This document shows positions 21,018-30,398 of a stretch of DNA of 64,000 bases, piece by piece; position 1 is the stretch's first letter; each line of letters begins with the position of its first letter. Under the pieces are notes generated by a model. It did no database searches. It saw only the letters and a list, made by a program, of their open reading frames with translations, and was not told the DNA's origin. A program made the translations under genes and the position numbers. The DNA is from a virus, in the IMG/VR virus record IMGVR_UViG_3300045971_000354, positions 64,001 through 128,000 of that record; one strand, 5' to 3'.

Positions 21018-21296
21018 TTAGGCTGCTGGTGCAGCTTCTGCTGGGGGAGCAACTACGTTTAAGAAGTCATTTAACTTATTAAAAGTTGCACCTACCGCAG
21101 CCATTTCAGTAGCACGGAATGCTCCGCGCTGACTTGCAACGTCAATAATAGCCCGTAGATTACCGAGGTCCTGAATAGTCAGTTCCGGAGGTGTTGCTGC
21201 CGCTTGCTCCGGCGATGCTACTGGTGCTGCTACTGGTGCAGTTACTTGCTTTGGAGCCGATGCTACCGATGCTGCTTGTTGTTCTTTCTTTGCCAT
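21018..21296 (-). CDS. Hypothetical protein (Ala/Pro-rich N-terminus, helical core)
   Basis: SD AGGAGA; tight packing. Confidence 0.7.
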   Translation of the reverse strand: MAKKEQQAASVASAPKQVTAPVAAPVASPEQAAATPPELTIQDLGNLRAIIDVASQRGAFRATEMAAVGATFNKLNDFLNVVAPPAEAAPAA

Positions 21297-21306
21297 TTAA
21301 GTTCTC

Positions 21307-21591
21307 CTATTTGTTCTTGTCCAAGTATGGACAGGCTAGACTTAACATAGTTAGTTCTTTTGAATCTTCAATCCCAATTTCTTGGATCTCTTCCAACTTG
21401 TTAATAGCTGGATTTACTCTTAACGTTTTTGCGATAGCATACCTACTATCTAAGTTAAGGTAAATCCACTGATCTATCTCTGTTATACGAAAGGTAACAA
21501 TGCTCATTTTAGCAAAATGTATTGGTATGTAATTTAGCCGCCGTGCATCTAATGCATTTAACGGATTTACCTCACCTCTTACTAAAGACAT
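21307..21591 (-). CDS. Hypothetical protein
   Basis: ORF preceded by perfect TATAAATA at 21605-21612. Confidence 0.65.
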   Translation of the reverse strand: MSLVRGEVNPLNALDARRLNYIPIHFAKMSIVTFRITEIDQWIYLNLDSRYAIAKTLRVNPAINKLEEIQEIGIEDSKELTMLSLACPYLDKNK

Positions 21592-21603
21592 TATGTACCT
21601 ACT

Positions 21604-22866
21604 TTATTTATAATATGCAGTCTGGCCGAATGGCGCAGTTATGGATTCGGTTCCATGAATAATAAACAGCGTTTCGCAGTAATCTTCATCTCCCCAACTT
21701 CCGCAAGGATATCCGTCCGTAAACATAATGAAACGCTTTGGATTAATATCGTTATTTTTCATAAACTCCCAGTTAGCTTCGAAACTAGTTCCTCCGCCGC
21801 CCTTCGGTTCGTAACTCAAAATATCATCGGCAGTATCACCGGTAAATTTTGCATATTGATATACGCTTGTATCAAAACACCACAGATCTAATTTGAAGTC
21901 GGTATATTCGTCCATAATACCTTTAACTTCGGAGAGCATATCACGTGCCATTGCATTTGAAATACTTCCACTCATATCCAGGCATACTGATACATCAATT
22001 GTATCTTCATTCATCATTCCGGGCAGTATTGCTCCGCTCATTTGACTTTTACGGTTCGGACGACTGAAGCTAAAGTTGCTTTTGACAATACTTTGGATGT
22101 TCATGCGTAGCATCTCACGCCAATCCATTTTTGGCTCAGTAAAGTCTTTAATCATACGTGCAACACCTGCCGGTAGATTGCCAGCACCTGCAGATTGCGC
22201 AGCACTAACCATCGCCTCTTTGATTTCGTCACGAATTTGTTTGCGTTCTTCAGCAGTTAGTTTCGGACGTCCTTTACCTTTTCCAGCACCTTCACCGTCT
22301 TGGTCACTGTCGCCTTCACTGTCGTCGCCATCTTCCATATGCTCGTCAAGCAGTTCGCCCAACTTACTCATATCAATCTTATCGGCCTTTTCATACAGGT
22401 CGTCGTAAATTTGTTCATACGACCAGTCGCGATATTTTGGATCGTAATAGACTTTCATAAAGTCTGGAAATTCTCCGATCTTTTCGTCCTTACAAATTTG
22501 ATTAACGGCAAAGTCGGCAGCAATATTAGAAAGTACTGGATCGCGGCTCTCACGACGTCCCATATGATCGAATACGTTATGTAGAACTTCGTGCCCGAAG
22601 CCGAACTCTGCAACTTTTGGGCTCATTTTATCAACAAAGCCAACATTGTAAAAGAAGTTTCGCCCGTCAGTTGCAATAGTCGGGCACCAATCACTTGCAT
22701 CCACAAGTGTTAACCGCGTTGCCATATTGCCAAAGAACGGATGACGAAGCAACAATCCAATTCGGGCAGTTACAAGCTTTTCAATAACTTTATTCTTTTC
22801 AGCTTGCGTAAATACTCGGTCTTTATCGACCTTGCCTACACGCTCTTGCTTCATTACTTTAGACAT
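21604..22866 (-). CDS. Metallopeptidase-like (HExxH) + vWA domain protein (DUF2201-like)
   Basis: IATDG, HEVLH, acidic linker, MIDAS DMSGS, GGGGTSF, FTDG; paired with an AAA ATPase. Confidence 0.85.
   Translation of the reverse strand: MSKVMKQERVGKVDKDRVFTQAEKNKVIEKLVTARIGLLLRHPFFGNMATRLTLVDASDWCPTIATDGRNFFYNVGFVDKMSPKVAEFGFGHEVLHNVFDHMGRRESRDPVLSNIAADFAVNQICKDEKIGEFPDFMKVYYDPKYRDWSYEQIYDDLYEKADKIDMSKLGELLDEHMEDGDDSEGDSDQDGEGAGKGKGRPKLTAEERKQIRDEIKEAMVSAAQSAGAGNLPAGVARMIKDFTEPKMDWREMLRMNIQSIVKSNFSFSRPNRKSQMSGAILPGMMNEDTIDVSVCLDMSGSISNAMARDMLSEVKGIMDEYTDFKLDLWCFDTSVYQYAKFTGDTADDILSYEPKGGGGTSFEANWEFMKNNDINPKRFIMFTDGYPCGSWGDEDYCETLFIIHGTESITAPFGQTAYYK
21605..21612 (-). promoter_or_regulatory. 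Late promoter, perfect TATAAATA
   Basis: Matches the T4 late consensus; overlaps the vWA gene stop. Confidence 0.6.
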
Positions 22867-22891
22867 TTATATTCCTTGTTGATGTATTACT

Positions 22892-22920
22892 ATTATACAG
22901 CATTATTTTGGTTTTGTCAA
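22892..22920 (-). promoter_or_regulatory. Perfect sigma70 promoter TTGACA-17-TATAAT
   Basis: Minus strand TTGACA aaaccaaaataatgctg TATAAT. Confidence 0.85.
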
Positions 22921-22926
22921 GTAAAC

Positions 22927-22944
22927 AAGGGCCTTTCGGCCCTT
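22927..22944 (-). terminator. Hairpin terminator after AAA ATPase
   Basis: AAGGGCC-GAAA-GGCCCTT followed by GTTT. Confidence 0.7.
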
Positions 22945-22946
22945 TC

Positions 22947-24026
22947 TTATTCCATTGCTGCAATAATGTACTTGCCGAACTTTTCGTGAAACTCATCAAA
23001 GCTTTTCAGCTTAGAAGCATCGAACGGTAGTCCGTATTGTGTAAGAGCAACTTTGGCTCCCATAACAGTTAGTTCAGTTGGGAAGTTATCCATCATGAAA
23101 CGGAAGAAGCAGTCTGCTTGATCGTTCCAGTCTTTTGCCTTCTTCTCATTTGCGGCTTGCAACTCGTAGCACAGAGAAATAGTTAGCGAATACATTGCAG
23201 AGATCTCACGAACTTGCAGTTTCTTGACCATACCTTTTAGGATATCTTCCGGCTTCGGCATTTGGTTTGCAACCTTACGGTGTGCCATAAACTTAACGGC
23301 AAGACCGTCACCCACTGCGCCTGCGATCAAATCAGTTAGTGTACCTTCGCTTAGGTCTTCGTCTGTTAGCAAATCAGATACAAATGACCAGCTTCGTGGT
23401 GTTGCGAATGCACGGCTTGAAGAACGGGGATCAAAATCGTACAAATCTTGTTTTGCGAAGCCCAAGTAACCGACTACTTGTTCATGGCACTTGTTCAAAA
23501 CAGCCCATTGTTCCCAATCGGCGTGATTAACCTTCAATTCCAGATGCAAGAAACGATTTGCAAGCGGTGCAGGCATACGATATGTAACACCCTTGTCCGA
23601 TTCACGGTTACCGGCAGCAACAATGCTAACACCTTTTGGTAGTACATAAGTGCCAACTCGGCGGTTCAAAATAAGTTGATATGCAGCCGCTTGTGTAGCA
23701 GGTGCAGCAGAGTTAAGTTCGTCCAAGAAAAGCACTGCGGTACTATCTGGATCGGACGGAAGTTCGGTCGGAGAAGCCCACTCCATGCGGCGCGTATCTG
23801 GATTAAAGAATGGGATACCCTTAATATCAGTAGGTTCCCACAGGCTCAAACGCACATCGACGACTTCGCGTCCTGTTTCGTCTGCGATTTGTTTAACAAT
23901 ATCGGACTTTCCAATACCAGGAGCACCCCACAAAAACACAGGACGTCCTACTTTAAAACAAGTACGAATTGCGGCCTTAGCTTCGTTTGGAGTTTGTGTG
24001 CGGTTTGCACTAGTTTGTTCTGCCAT
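22947..24026 (-). CDS. MoxR-like AAA+ ATPase
   Basis: Walker A GAPGIGKS, Walker B LFLDE, AAGN, PLANRF, TPRSW. Confidence 0.9.
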   Translation of the reverse strand: MAEQTSANRTQTPNEAKAAIRTCFKVGRPVFLWGAPGIGKSDIVKQIADETGREVVDVRLSLWEPTDIKGIPFFNPDTRRMEWASPTELPSDPDSTAVLFLDELNSAAPATQAAAYQLILNRRVGTYVLPKGVSIVAAGNRESDKGVTYRMPAPLANRFLHLELKVNHADWEQWAVLNKCHEQVVGYLGFAKQDLYDFDPRSSSRAFATPRSWSFVSDLLTDEDLSEGTLTDLIAGAVGDGLAVKFMAHRKVANQMPKPEDILKGMVKKLQVREISAMYSLTISLCYELQAANEKKAKDWNDQADCFFRFMMDNFPTELTVMGAKVALTQYGLPFDASKLKSFDEFHEKFGKYIIAAME

Positions 24027-24071
24027 TTACTTCTTCCTTAAAAGTTGATTAACTGCTTACACTATGTATAT

Positions 24072-24100
24072 AGTATAACACAGCCTAACAAGAAAGTCAA
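24072..24100 (-). promoter_or_regulatory. sigma70 promoter TTGACT-17-TATACT
   Basis: Read directly upstream of the AAA ATPase. Confidence 0.75.
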
Positions 24101-24492
24101 GCAGCTTCAGCATCGTTTTTTAGCGACATTGCTTTAGCAACGCCAAATTTTTGAACATCTCCGCTAAACAATATCAATTGCACAGCAGTTTTTTCTTTAA
24201 ACACAACAATGGATTTTTTATCAAGGAAATAAGGACCGTCAATGAACCGATCTAGCCAAATCATTACTTGATTTGTGAGGGTAAATTCGTTCGGAAATGC
24301 TATATCGTAGCTCTTCATATCCATATCATCAGTAAAAACTTTGAACCCTGCATCGGTTAGTCGCATACCACCTACGGCCTTTTTTCGAGGATTTATCCAA
24401 AGCACTGCAAGATTTTTTTCAAGTGCTTTTGGATCAGTCGGCCACCCCAATTGCGTACTAACAAGTTGGGTGAGGTGATGCTTTATGTCCAT
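24097..24492 (-). CDS. Hypothetical protein
   Basis: 131-aa ORF, TAATG coupling to the upstream gene. Confidence 0.7.
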   Translation of the reverse strand: MDIKHHLTQLVSTQLGWPTDPKALEKNLAVLWINPRKKAVGGMRLTDAGFKVFTDDMDMKSYDIAFPNEFTLTNQVMIWLDRFIDGPYFLDKKSIVVFKEKTAVQLILFSGDVQKFGVAKAMSLKNDAEAA

Positions 24493-24776
24493 TATTTTAA
24501 TACTTCGCCACTAGTTAGTTTATATACTTCAAAGTCATTACAGCCAAATAGCTTATTAAGTTTTTCTGCAAGATTTATTGCGTGGCCGCTATTTGAAAAT
24601 GACACTTTTTTATACTTTGGACCTACCAGCTGACCTATTAGACTTGTGGTTTTTAAGTTAACGGGCTTACCTTGAAAAAACACAGCCCAAATGGCGTCAG
24701 CTTCCAAAACCTGTTCAGTTTTGTAAGTTTTTTTATTTGTAACTTCGAGTAATACTTTAGGTTTTGGTCGGCTCAC
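24492..24776 (-). CDS. Hypothetical protein (MSRPKP...)
   Basis: 94-aa ORF, ATGA overlap with the endonuclease stop. Confidence 0.7.
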   Translation of the reverse strand: MSRPKPKVLLEVTNKKTYKTEQVLEADAIWAVFFQGKPVNLKTTSLIGQLVGPKYKKVSFSNSGHAINLAEKLNKLFGCNDFEVYKLTSGEVLK

Positions 24777-25333
24777 GAGATTCCCCTTTTTGAATACCTA
24801 GATTTTTGAGATTCTGATATTTTTCTTTTTGATTCTTCAGACATTTTTCGACCAATTGGCATTAGTTGCAATGCTCTCTTTTGTCGAATTTTTTCTATAG
24901 TTTCTTCAGAATGGGTTTTTCCAGACATTGGATTACTCTGGAGTTTTCTCGCTGCTTTAATTTTTTGTTTAGTTTCTTCAGAATGTTTGCGATTTTTTGA
25001 ATTTTCGCTTAAGATATGTCTACCGTTTTCTGTAATTCCGGTATCACCTCCCATTAACCCGTCTTCTGGTTTTAGGTTTGCGTAATCTTTCGATTCTACA
25101 ATATTATGCTCTTTTGAATATTGCAGTGCAAATTGTGTTAATTCATCTTTATCTGTAAACAGTTTAGACCAAATAGTGGCGATATCACGCCCGTGCTTTT
25201 TAAGGTGACGAGTCCAAACAATGCCAGATCCGAGATATTTTTCCGGATCTTGGATAGTCTTACCGAAGTATTTTAGCCCAGTTATATTATGTTGTTTTAA
25301 ATATAACCATGTAGGTTTAAAAGTTTTTTCCAT
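24773..25333 (-). mobile_element. Free-standing GIY-YIG-type homing endonuclease with NUMOD3 repeats
   Basis: WLYLKQH.ITGLKYFGKT..DP..Y.GSG..W; HSEETKQKI / HSEETIEKI / MSEESKRKIS repeats. Confidence 0.85.
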
Positions 25334-25334
25334 T

Positions 25335-25365
25335 CTGCGTATTCTCTTATATACGCAGTTATTTA
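25335..25365 (-). promoter_or_regulatory. Late promoter plus hairpin covering the translation initiation region
   Basis: Minus: TAAATA-A-CTGCGTAT-ataagaga-ATACGCAG-A-ATG (8-bp stem). Confidence 0.65.
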
Positions 25366-25387
25366 TCTTAATTTACCAGATGTGCAC

Positions 25388-25612
25388 TTAGAGTGTACCG
25401 CCATCAAACTTAATAGAGACATCACCGGTTTGTTGCACACTTAACGCAATTGCATCTAATTCACCTGCTAAACGTGTCATTACTACTGCTAAACTTTCTT
25501 CTAGCATAATGATGTCGTTTATAGGCAAATTTAACGTTTTCTGACCGCTTTTTCGTGCAATTCGAGCCTTTTCCAAGAACATTTCGATGGGTATTGTATT
25601 AAGCGGTTGCAT
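25388..25612 (-). CDS. Hypothetical protein
   Basis: ORF; start MQPLNT chosen because of SD-like AGGGA. Confidence 0.6.
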   Translation of the reverse strand: MQPLNTIPIEMFLEKARIARKSGQKTLNLPINDIIMLEESLAVVMTRLAGELDAIALSVQQTGDVSIKFDGGTL

Positions 25613-26093
25613 TGCTGTCCCTTGATACATTGTTTAAAATAGTACGCATTTCTAATTCAGTCTTAAAAGGACCCTTAAAATCGTAGCGTTCCAGTGTAAT
25701 TAGTTTGGGACAGAAGCTTTTAACCCATCCTTTCTTGAAACGGATTACATAGTAACCTGCACAATATAAACTTTTACTTTTGCTGCTCTTTGCATATATC
25801 GGCAAGTGCTTCTTTACATTCCACAACGGTCCGTATGCTTTTCCGTTCATTGGAAAGCCGTAAATATCCTGCGGAAGATCTTTTATCTTAGGTTCTTTCT
25901 TTACAACTGATTGATCAAGTGTAATTCCGAACCGTTCTTTAATCTCTGTAAGATCTCCGACTTCGATTTTTTGTCCACGATATAGAAAGCTATAACCCTT
26001 TTTATCTTTACTAAGAGTTCCGACTTTTTCACCGTCGGTTTCGATAATCCAAAACTTGTTTGGAACTAATACTTTTGCAACTGCTGCGATCAT
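25599..26093 (-). CDS. Hypothetical protein
   Basis: 164-aa ORF coupled to RNase H stop. Confidence 0.7.
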   Translation of the reverse strand: MIAAVAKVLVPNKFWIIETDGEKVGTLSKDKKGYSFLYRGQKIEVGDLTEIKERFGITLDQSVVKKEPKIKDLPQDIYGFPMNGKAYGPLWNVKKHLPIYAKSSKSKSLYCAGYYVIRFKKGWVKSFCPKLITLERYDFKGPFKTELEMRTILNNVSRDSNATA

Positions 26094-27082
26094 GAGTGGT
26101 ACCTTGCGTTTAATGGGTCGGCATAGCTTTGTGCTTGCTCGCTAATTTTTTGTAGATCGTATTGGGCACAAAACTTCATCAGTCTTACACCAACTTGAGC
26201 AACGTTCTTTTGTTTATCAATCTCTGCTTGGACTGTTTCGACCATTAATTTCTTAATATCTTCGGGCTGTGCAGTTAAGTCACATAATACAACGTTCCGT
26301 TGATAGTCGTCTAACACACGATGTTCGGCTCCTTCGTGATCAGTCCATCGCTGTAGCATCATATTATTCCATGCCCAACCTTTCTTATCACGATCTCCAA
26401 ATGCTTCGCGTAGCCCGACTTTGTTCTTACTGCCCTTTTCGCGAACACCTGGATATGCAGAGAAAATATTATCGCTAGTATCTCCGCGCATACACTTTTC
26501 AAATAACAACCATTGAGGATCAGGTTCGGGCTTTAGTAGTCCGGTCTTGCTATCCTTAACACGTTTGCCATTTTCATCGAAGTAACCTTCGTGTGTGGTA
26601 GTAATTTTCGATACACCGTTATATTGCTTAACATTAACTGCGATTAACTGTGCAAAGTCACCGTCTGTGCTGATAATAACATGATCATCTTCCGGATGTG
26701 CTTGAATAAATCCTGCAATAGTATCGTCAGCTTCGAGCTCCGGATTTTGCAAAACAGAGCAATTTGTTTTTTCAATAATAAAGTTTTTAAAATCGTCAAA
26801 CGTTTCCCAAAACAATTTATCTTCTTCTTGTTCTGCTGCGGTATGCTTTGCACGGGCATCGGTACGTTGACGCTTATACGGAGCATACACCTTTTTCCGC
26901 CAGCTTCGCCCTTCTAAGTGAAACACAACGTGATCACCTTTAAACTCTTTCCATGCCTTACGAACACTCATTAAGACAGTGGCAAGGCTCATGCCTACCT
27001 TGTCTTCAAGGGTTCCACGAACGACATGGCGTGCACGAAAAAATGTGTTTGCTGTGTCCACATGGATAAATGTTTTCTTCAT
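26090..27082 (-). CDS. rnh: T4 RNase H-like 5'-3' flap exonuclease
   Basis: HVDTAN, SWRK..Y..YK..R, EADD, ISTDGDF.QL, GD.SDNI motifs. Confidence 0.85.
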   Translation of the reverse strand: MKKTFIHVDTANTFFRARHVVRGTLEDKVGMSLATVLMSVRKAWKEFKGDHVVFHLEGRSWRKKVYAPYKRQRTDARAKHTAAEQEEDKLFWETFDDFKNFIIEKTNCSVLQNPELEADDTIAGFIQAHPEDDHVIISTDGDFAQLIAVNVKQYNGVSKITTTHEGYFDENGKRVKDSKTGLLKPEPDPQWLLFEKCMRGDTSDNIFSAYPGVREKGSKNKVGLREAFGDRDKKGWAWNNMMLQRWTDHEGAEHRVLDDYQRNVVLCDLTAQPEDIKKLMVETVQAEIDKQKNVAQVGVRLMKFCAQYDLQKISEQAQSYADPLNARYHS

Positions 27083-27456
27083 TAAGAGACCTCTGACTTT
27101 CCGTTGTTTAATTTATTGACATTGATGTAACCACTACCTCGACGATCCATCGGAATACCTTCATCATTTCCAATTTCTTTACAAAGATCTTGAAACCACT
27201 GATCTACAAGTTCTTCGTCAGTGACACCTGTGTAACCATTGTTACGTAACATTAACACAAAGTACTCGTTCCAGTCAAGTTCAAAAAAGCCGTTTCGTGG
27301 ATTCGTCGGATCTACTTTTGTATCTAGAACAGCTACCCAAGGTTCTTTACCTTCAGTTGCTGCCTTCTTAGGGTCGATAACAGGAGACTCACCTGCATAC
27401 TTTGCAGCTTCTTTACTTGCTGTGATGCCTAGGATTTTTTTAATTTTGTTTAACAT
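27082..27456 (-). CDS. Hypothetical protein
   Basis: Start at MLNKIK (TAATG coupling); GFFELDWN..F pattern. Confidence 0.65.
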   Translation of the reverse strand: MLNKIKKILGITASKEAAKYAGESPVIDPKKAATEGKEPWVAVLDTKVDPTNPRNGFFELDWNEYFVLMLRNNGYTGVTDEELVDQWFQDLCKEIGNDEGIPMDRRGSGYINVNKLNNGKSEVS

Positions 27457-27719
27457 TATTTTCTGCCATTGAAGTTCCATTTTAGGAACGCTGTTTTTTC
27501 TATATAATAAAATTCGTATATTTTAGCTATATCAGTAGGCAGCGAAGATAATCGTTGCCCTCTATAGCATTTAGTTAGCCACAACTTCTTTCCGGTCAAA
27601 AAACAATTATGCGGGATTGCACAATATTGTAAATGCCAATTGGTAGCATTTTGTAATCCCCAATCTTGACTTGGAGGCGATTGTGTAGTGTCGCCCATTA
27701 AGTTTGCTAACGTGCTCAT
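27456..27719 (-). CDS. Hypothetical protein
   Basis: 87-aa ORF translationally coupled on both sides. Confidence 0.55.
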   Translation of the reverse strand: MSTLANLMGDTTQSPPSQDWGLQNATNWHLQYCAIPHNCFLTGKKLWLTKCYRGQRLSSLPTDIAKIYEFYYIEKTAFLKWNFNGRK

Positions 27720-27919
27720 GTCTTACCCCACTTAATCTTTAGCCATATTCGTTCATGAATATAATAATCTATACTCAACAACATGTGTAAGATTGTTGCA
27801 AATCCAGTAGATTTTCCGATATCGCCTATTAACAAATATGTCCATAATATTGTGAATAACCACGCCGTTAGTCGGTATGTTATCATTCGTACTATGGTTC
27901 TTTTATGTGTCTCTATCAT
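27716..27919 (-). CDS. Small membrane protein (DUF2061-like)
   Basis: ETHKRT..R..TYR...YYIHERIW.KIKWG pattern, two hydrophobic segments. Confidence 0.7.
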   Translation of the reverse strand: MIETHKRTIVRMITYRLTAWLFTILWTYLLIGDIGKSTGFATILHMLLSIDYYIHERIWLKIKWGKT

Positions 27920-28800
27920 TATGCTAGTGCTGCAAACAAGTGCATCTGAGTTTGCATAATGAGTCCATTTTGCATACAGTACTGCCCAACATACTTGTGA
28001 TTAGCTTCGTTCTTGGCCATATTTAAAAGGCCGGGCTCCCACCAAGAAATTACTTCATCTACAGTACTTCGTTCTGCTATACTGATTGCGCCCTTTTCAG
28101 CACGTAACAGTTTAATCTTTTGAGGGAAGTCGTTGTACACATTCATCGGAGAACAGTAAATATCCTTACCTGTGTTAGCTTTCCATTCCAATGCCCAGTC
28201 AGGGACTGTGTTGTACGGAGTATTGGGATCTGCACTAATAACAAACTTTAAAACATTTGCTCGTTCTAAGATTGTCTTGCCTGGTTTTAGATACCGGGTA
28301 GGAGCTTTACCAAACTCTGCACATTTCGGTGAGCAAACAAGCGTAACACCTTCTGGTACCACTGTGTCGGGAATACCGTTGCTTTCGACTTGAACTGCTT
28401 TGAATACATCGCGTTGCTTATACATAAAATCTGTAATGTTTTCTTGCAACAATGGTTCGCCACCTGTCATTACCAATACAATATTAGGAAATAACCCTGT
28501 ATATGGATTTTGTGGAACTGCCCATTCTGGTGCAGTCTGACCTTTGTTAGTCCAATATGCTTTGATAGTCTCATCCATCTTATCTGCAATCTGATCAAAC
28601 GTCATCCAATCGCCGTCGTCAAAGAATGTGTCGCAGAATGAGCAATCTAAATTGCACTTTGCAAGGCGGATGAATAACGCAGGCATACCGGCATACGGTC
28701 CCTCTCCTTGCAGCGTGAAGAACATTGACGTAACAAATAAACTATCTTTAGGTGCGTCTCGAAAAAACTTCTTTCCGATCACTTCGTTGGTTCCAAAAAT
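27919..28800 (-). CDS. queE: 7-carboxy-7-deazaguanine synthase (radical SAM); probable ATT start
   Basis: F.TLQGEG..AG.PALFIRLAKCNLDCSFCDT, TGGEPLLQ, ESNG, CSPK, Q.H. The frame extends from the GTG at 28782 to ATT at 28800 with AAGGAG 7 nt upstream. Confidence 0.88.
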   Translation of the reverse strand: MFGTNEVIGKKFFRDAPKDSLFVTSMFFTLQGEGPYAGMPALFIRLAKCNLDCSFCDTFFDDGDWMTFDQIADKMDETIKAYWTNKGQTAPEWAVPQNPYTGLFPNIVLVMTGGEPLLQENITDFMYKQRDVFKAVQVESNGIPDTVVPEGVTLVCSPKCAEFGKAPTRYLKPGKTILERANVLKFVISADPNTPYNTVPDWALEWKANTGKDIYCSPMNVYNDFPQKIKLLRAEKGAISIAERSTVDEVISWWEPGLLNMAKNEANHKYVGQYCMQNGLIMQTQMHLFAALA

Positions 28801-28801
28801 T

Positions 28802-29062
28802 TTAATTCTCCTTAATTGTATCGAGCCACATGTGCTCAGTTACTTTGTACATTTCTAGTACATTAATATGCATGACTAACAATTTTTCATTAAGAGACAA
28901 CCAATCTAACATTGCTTGTGCATCCTGCCGACGACTAAACCGCATTGCTTTATTAGCATCTGTACTAAACTCTACCGAGTTAATAGGTCCACCAACAAAC
29001 CATTCAGGGCGTGACGCAGGGTGAGGTAAGTTAAGTTCAATTAGCCAAGCAATTTCATTCAT
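28802..29062 (-). CDS. Hypothetical protein
   Basis: Start MNEIAW with SD AAGGAG. Confidence 0.6.
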   Translation of the reverse strand: MNEIAWLIELNLPHPASRPEWFVGGPINSVEFSTDANKAMRFSRRQDAQAMLDWLSLNEKLLVMHINVLEMYKVTEHMWLDTIKEN

Positions 29063-29063
29063 A

Positions 29064-29354
29064 TTAAATCTCCTTAATTCCAAAGTGTTCTTTAATACAC
29101 TCAGTTGCTTCATATATGCCGTTAACAATGCCGTCTTCGTACATCGCTAATGTTTTATCTTTTGGTTCAGATTCTAAATATTTTGCATGATTTTCACTTA
29201 CGTTAATGCATTCCCGAACAATCAGCTCGGCGAACTTTTCCGCTTGCTCATTTGTGACAAAGTAATCTCTATCTTCAATGAGAGTTCGGGGATTGCCACC
29301 TAGAACATATCGCCACCCTGCTTGCTCAGCAAGTTCTTTAATTCGTTCGTTCAT
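29064..29354 (-). CDS. Small phage protein, MNERIKEL...EKFAELIVREC family
   Basis: Motif shared with 29737..30015 and 62332..62550. Confidence 0.7.
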   Translation of the reverse strand: MNERIKELAEQAGWRYVLGGNPRTLIEDRDYFVTNEQAEKFAELIVRECINVSENHAKYLESEPKDKTLAMYEDGIVNGIYEATECIKEHFGIKEI

Positions 29355-29355
29355 A

Positions 29356-29562
29356 TTATTCCTTAATCAATGTAGCGGACATTACTTTTGATAAACGGCC
29401 TACTGTTACTGTCATTTGATATTGCTGGCCTTTTTCTACTGTGTCAATATCTATTCCTGGCGTATCCTTGTTAAAGGAATATATCCAATCATCGTCTGTC
29501 CTAAGGTGAACTAACTTGAATCCTTCTAAGACTTCAAGCACTGTGCCAATAACTTCTTTCAT
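29356..29562 (-). CDS. Hypothetical protein
   Basis: 68-aa ORF, ATGA coupling. Confidence 0.55.
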   Translation of the reverse strand: MKEVIGTVLEVLEGFKLVHLRTDDDWIYSFNKDTPGIDIDTVEKGQQYQMTVTVGRLSKVMSATLIKE

Positions 29563-29735
29563 TTGTCCTCGTACTTCACAAGTTTAACATCAAACTCGTC
29601 GGCAAATGCTTCCGCTAATGCTGCGGTTAATTGTTCGGTTAATTCATCACATCCGGTTGCATTAGTTGCAAGCAACTCTTCCCAGAACTCGTGATTGCCT
29701 TCTGTAATAGTTAACTCGAATGTGTAGCGTTTCAT
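29559..29735 (-). CDS. Hypothetical acidic 58-aa protein (not in ORF track)
   Basis: MKRYTFELTITEGNHEFWEEL...KYEDK fills the gap exactly. Confidence 0.6.
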   Translation of the reverse strand: MKRYTFELTITEGNHEFWEELLATNATGCDELTEQLTAALAEAFADEFDVKLVKYEDK

Positions 29736-29736
29736 A

Positions 29737-30015
29737 TTAGTTAACTGGTTTGAACGAGTCTAGTATGACTGTGTCTGTTCCGAAGCTTTGCCCTGTTGAA
29801 GATAAAATATGATCAACTGCACGTCGAGCACATTCTTTGATAACTAGCTCTGCAAACTTTTCAAACACAATGTCAGGAATAACTAACACGCCTGCATCTC
29901 GTGCTAGCTGAACAATGTTCCCTGCAGTTTTTTGCGAGACAGAAGATGATTGATCTAATGTTGTTAAATATTCTCTGCTTGCTTGGCTTGCAAATTGATT
30001 AAGTAAATCATTCAT
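29737..30015 (-). CDS. Small phage protein, EKFAELVIKEC family
   Basis: FEKFAELVIKECA motif. Confidence 0.65.
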   Translation of the reverse strand: MNDLLNQFASQASREYLTTLDQSSSVSQKTAGNIVQLARDAGVLVIPDIVFEKFAELVIKECARRAVDHILSSTGQSFGTDTVILDSFKPVN

Positions 30016-30398
30016 TGTTTATCCTTTTTATAATTACCTTTACCTGGGATAGTGTTTCTAACGCCACCTACAGGATCTTCAACATCACCATTCCTCCGAG
30101 GAATCATATGAATATGCGGCCACATAACAGTTTGTCCAGCAGCTTCGCCGTAATTCATTCCAATGTTAAATCCATCCCATGCTCCACCATCTACTCCGTT
30201 CTTCCCGTGTTCTACTGCATCAGTAAATGCTTCATACAAAATGCTTATAGTGTTATATTTAGGCACAAAGAGCAAGTGGCCTTCTGTACACGGATATTTG
30301 TCTCTGAAAACGATTACATGAAAGTCGTCTCGAATAACATCATCCCACGGTGCTGTTGATTCGCTAATATGGTTTGGACCATTAAAAATTTTATTCAT
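30012..30398 (-). CDS. HIT-family nucleotide hydrolase
   Basis: D.YP..GHLLFVPK, GFNIG.N.G.AAGQTV.WPHIHMIPRR.GD (first His of the triad replaced by W). Confidence 0.85.
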   Translation of the reverse strand: MNKIFNGPNHISESTAPWDDVIRDDFHVIVFRDKYPCTEGHLLFVPKYNTISILYEAFTDAVEHGKNGVDGGAWDGFNIGMNYGEAAGQTVMWPHIHMIPRRNGDVEDPVGGVRNTIPGKGNYKKDKQ

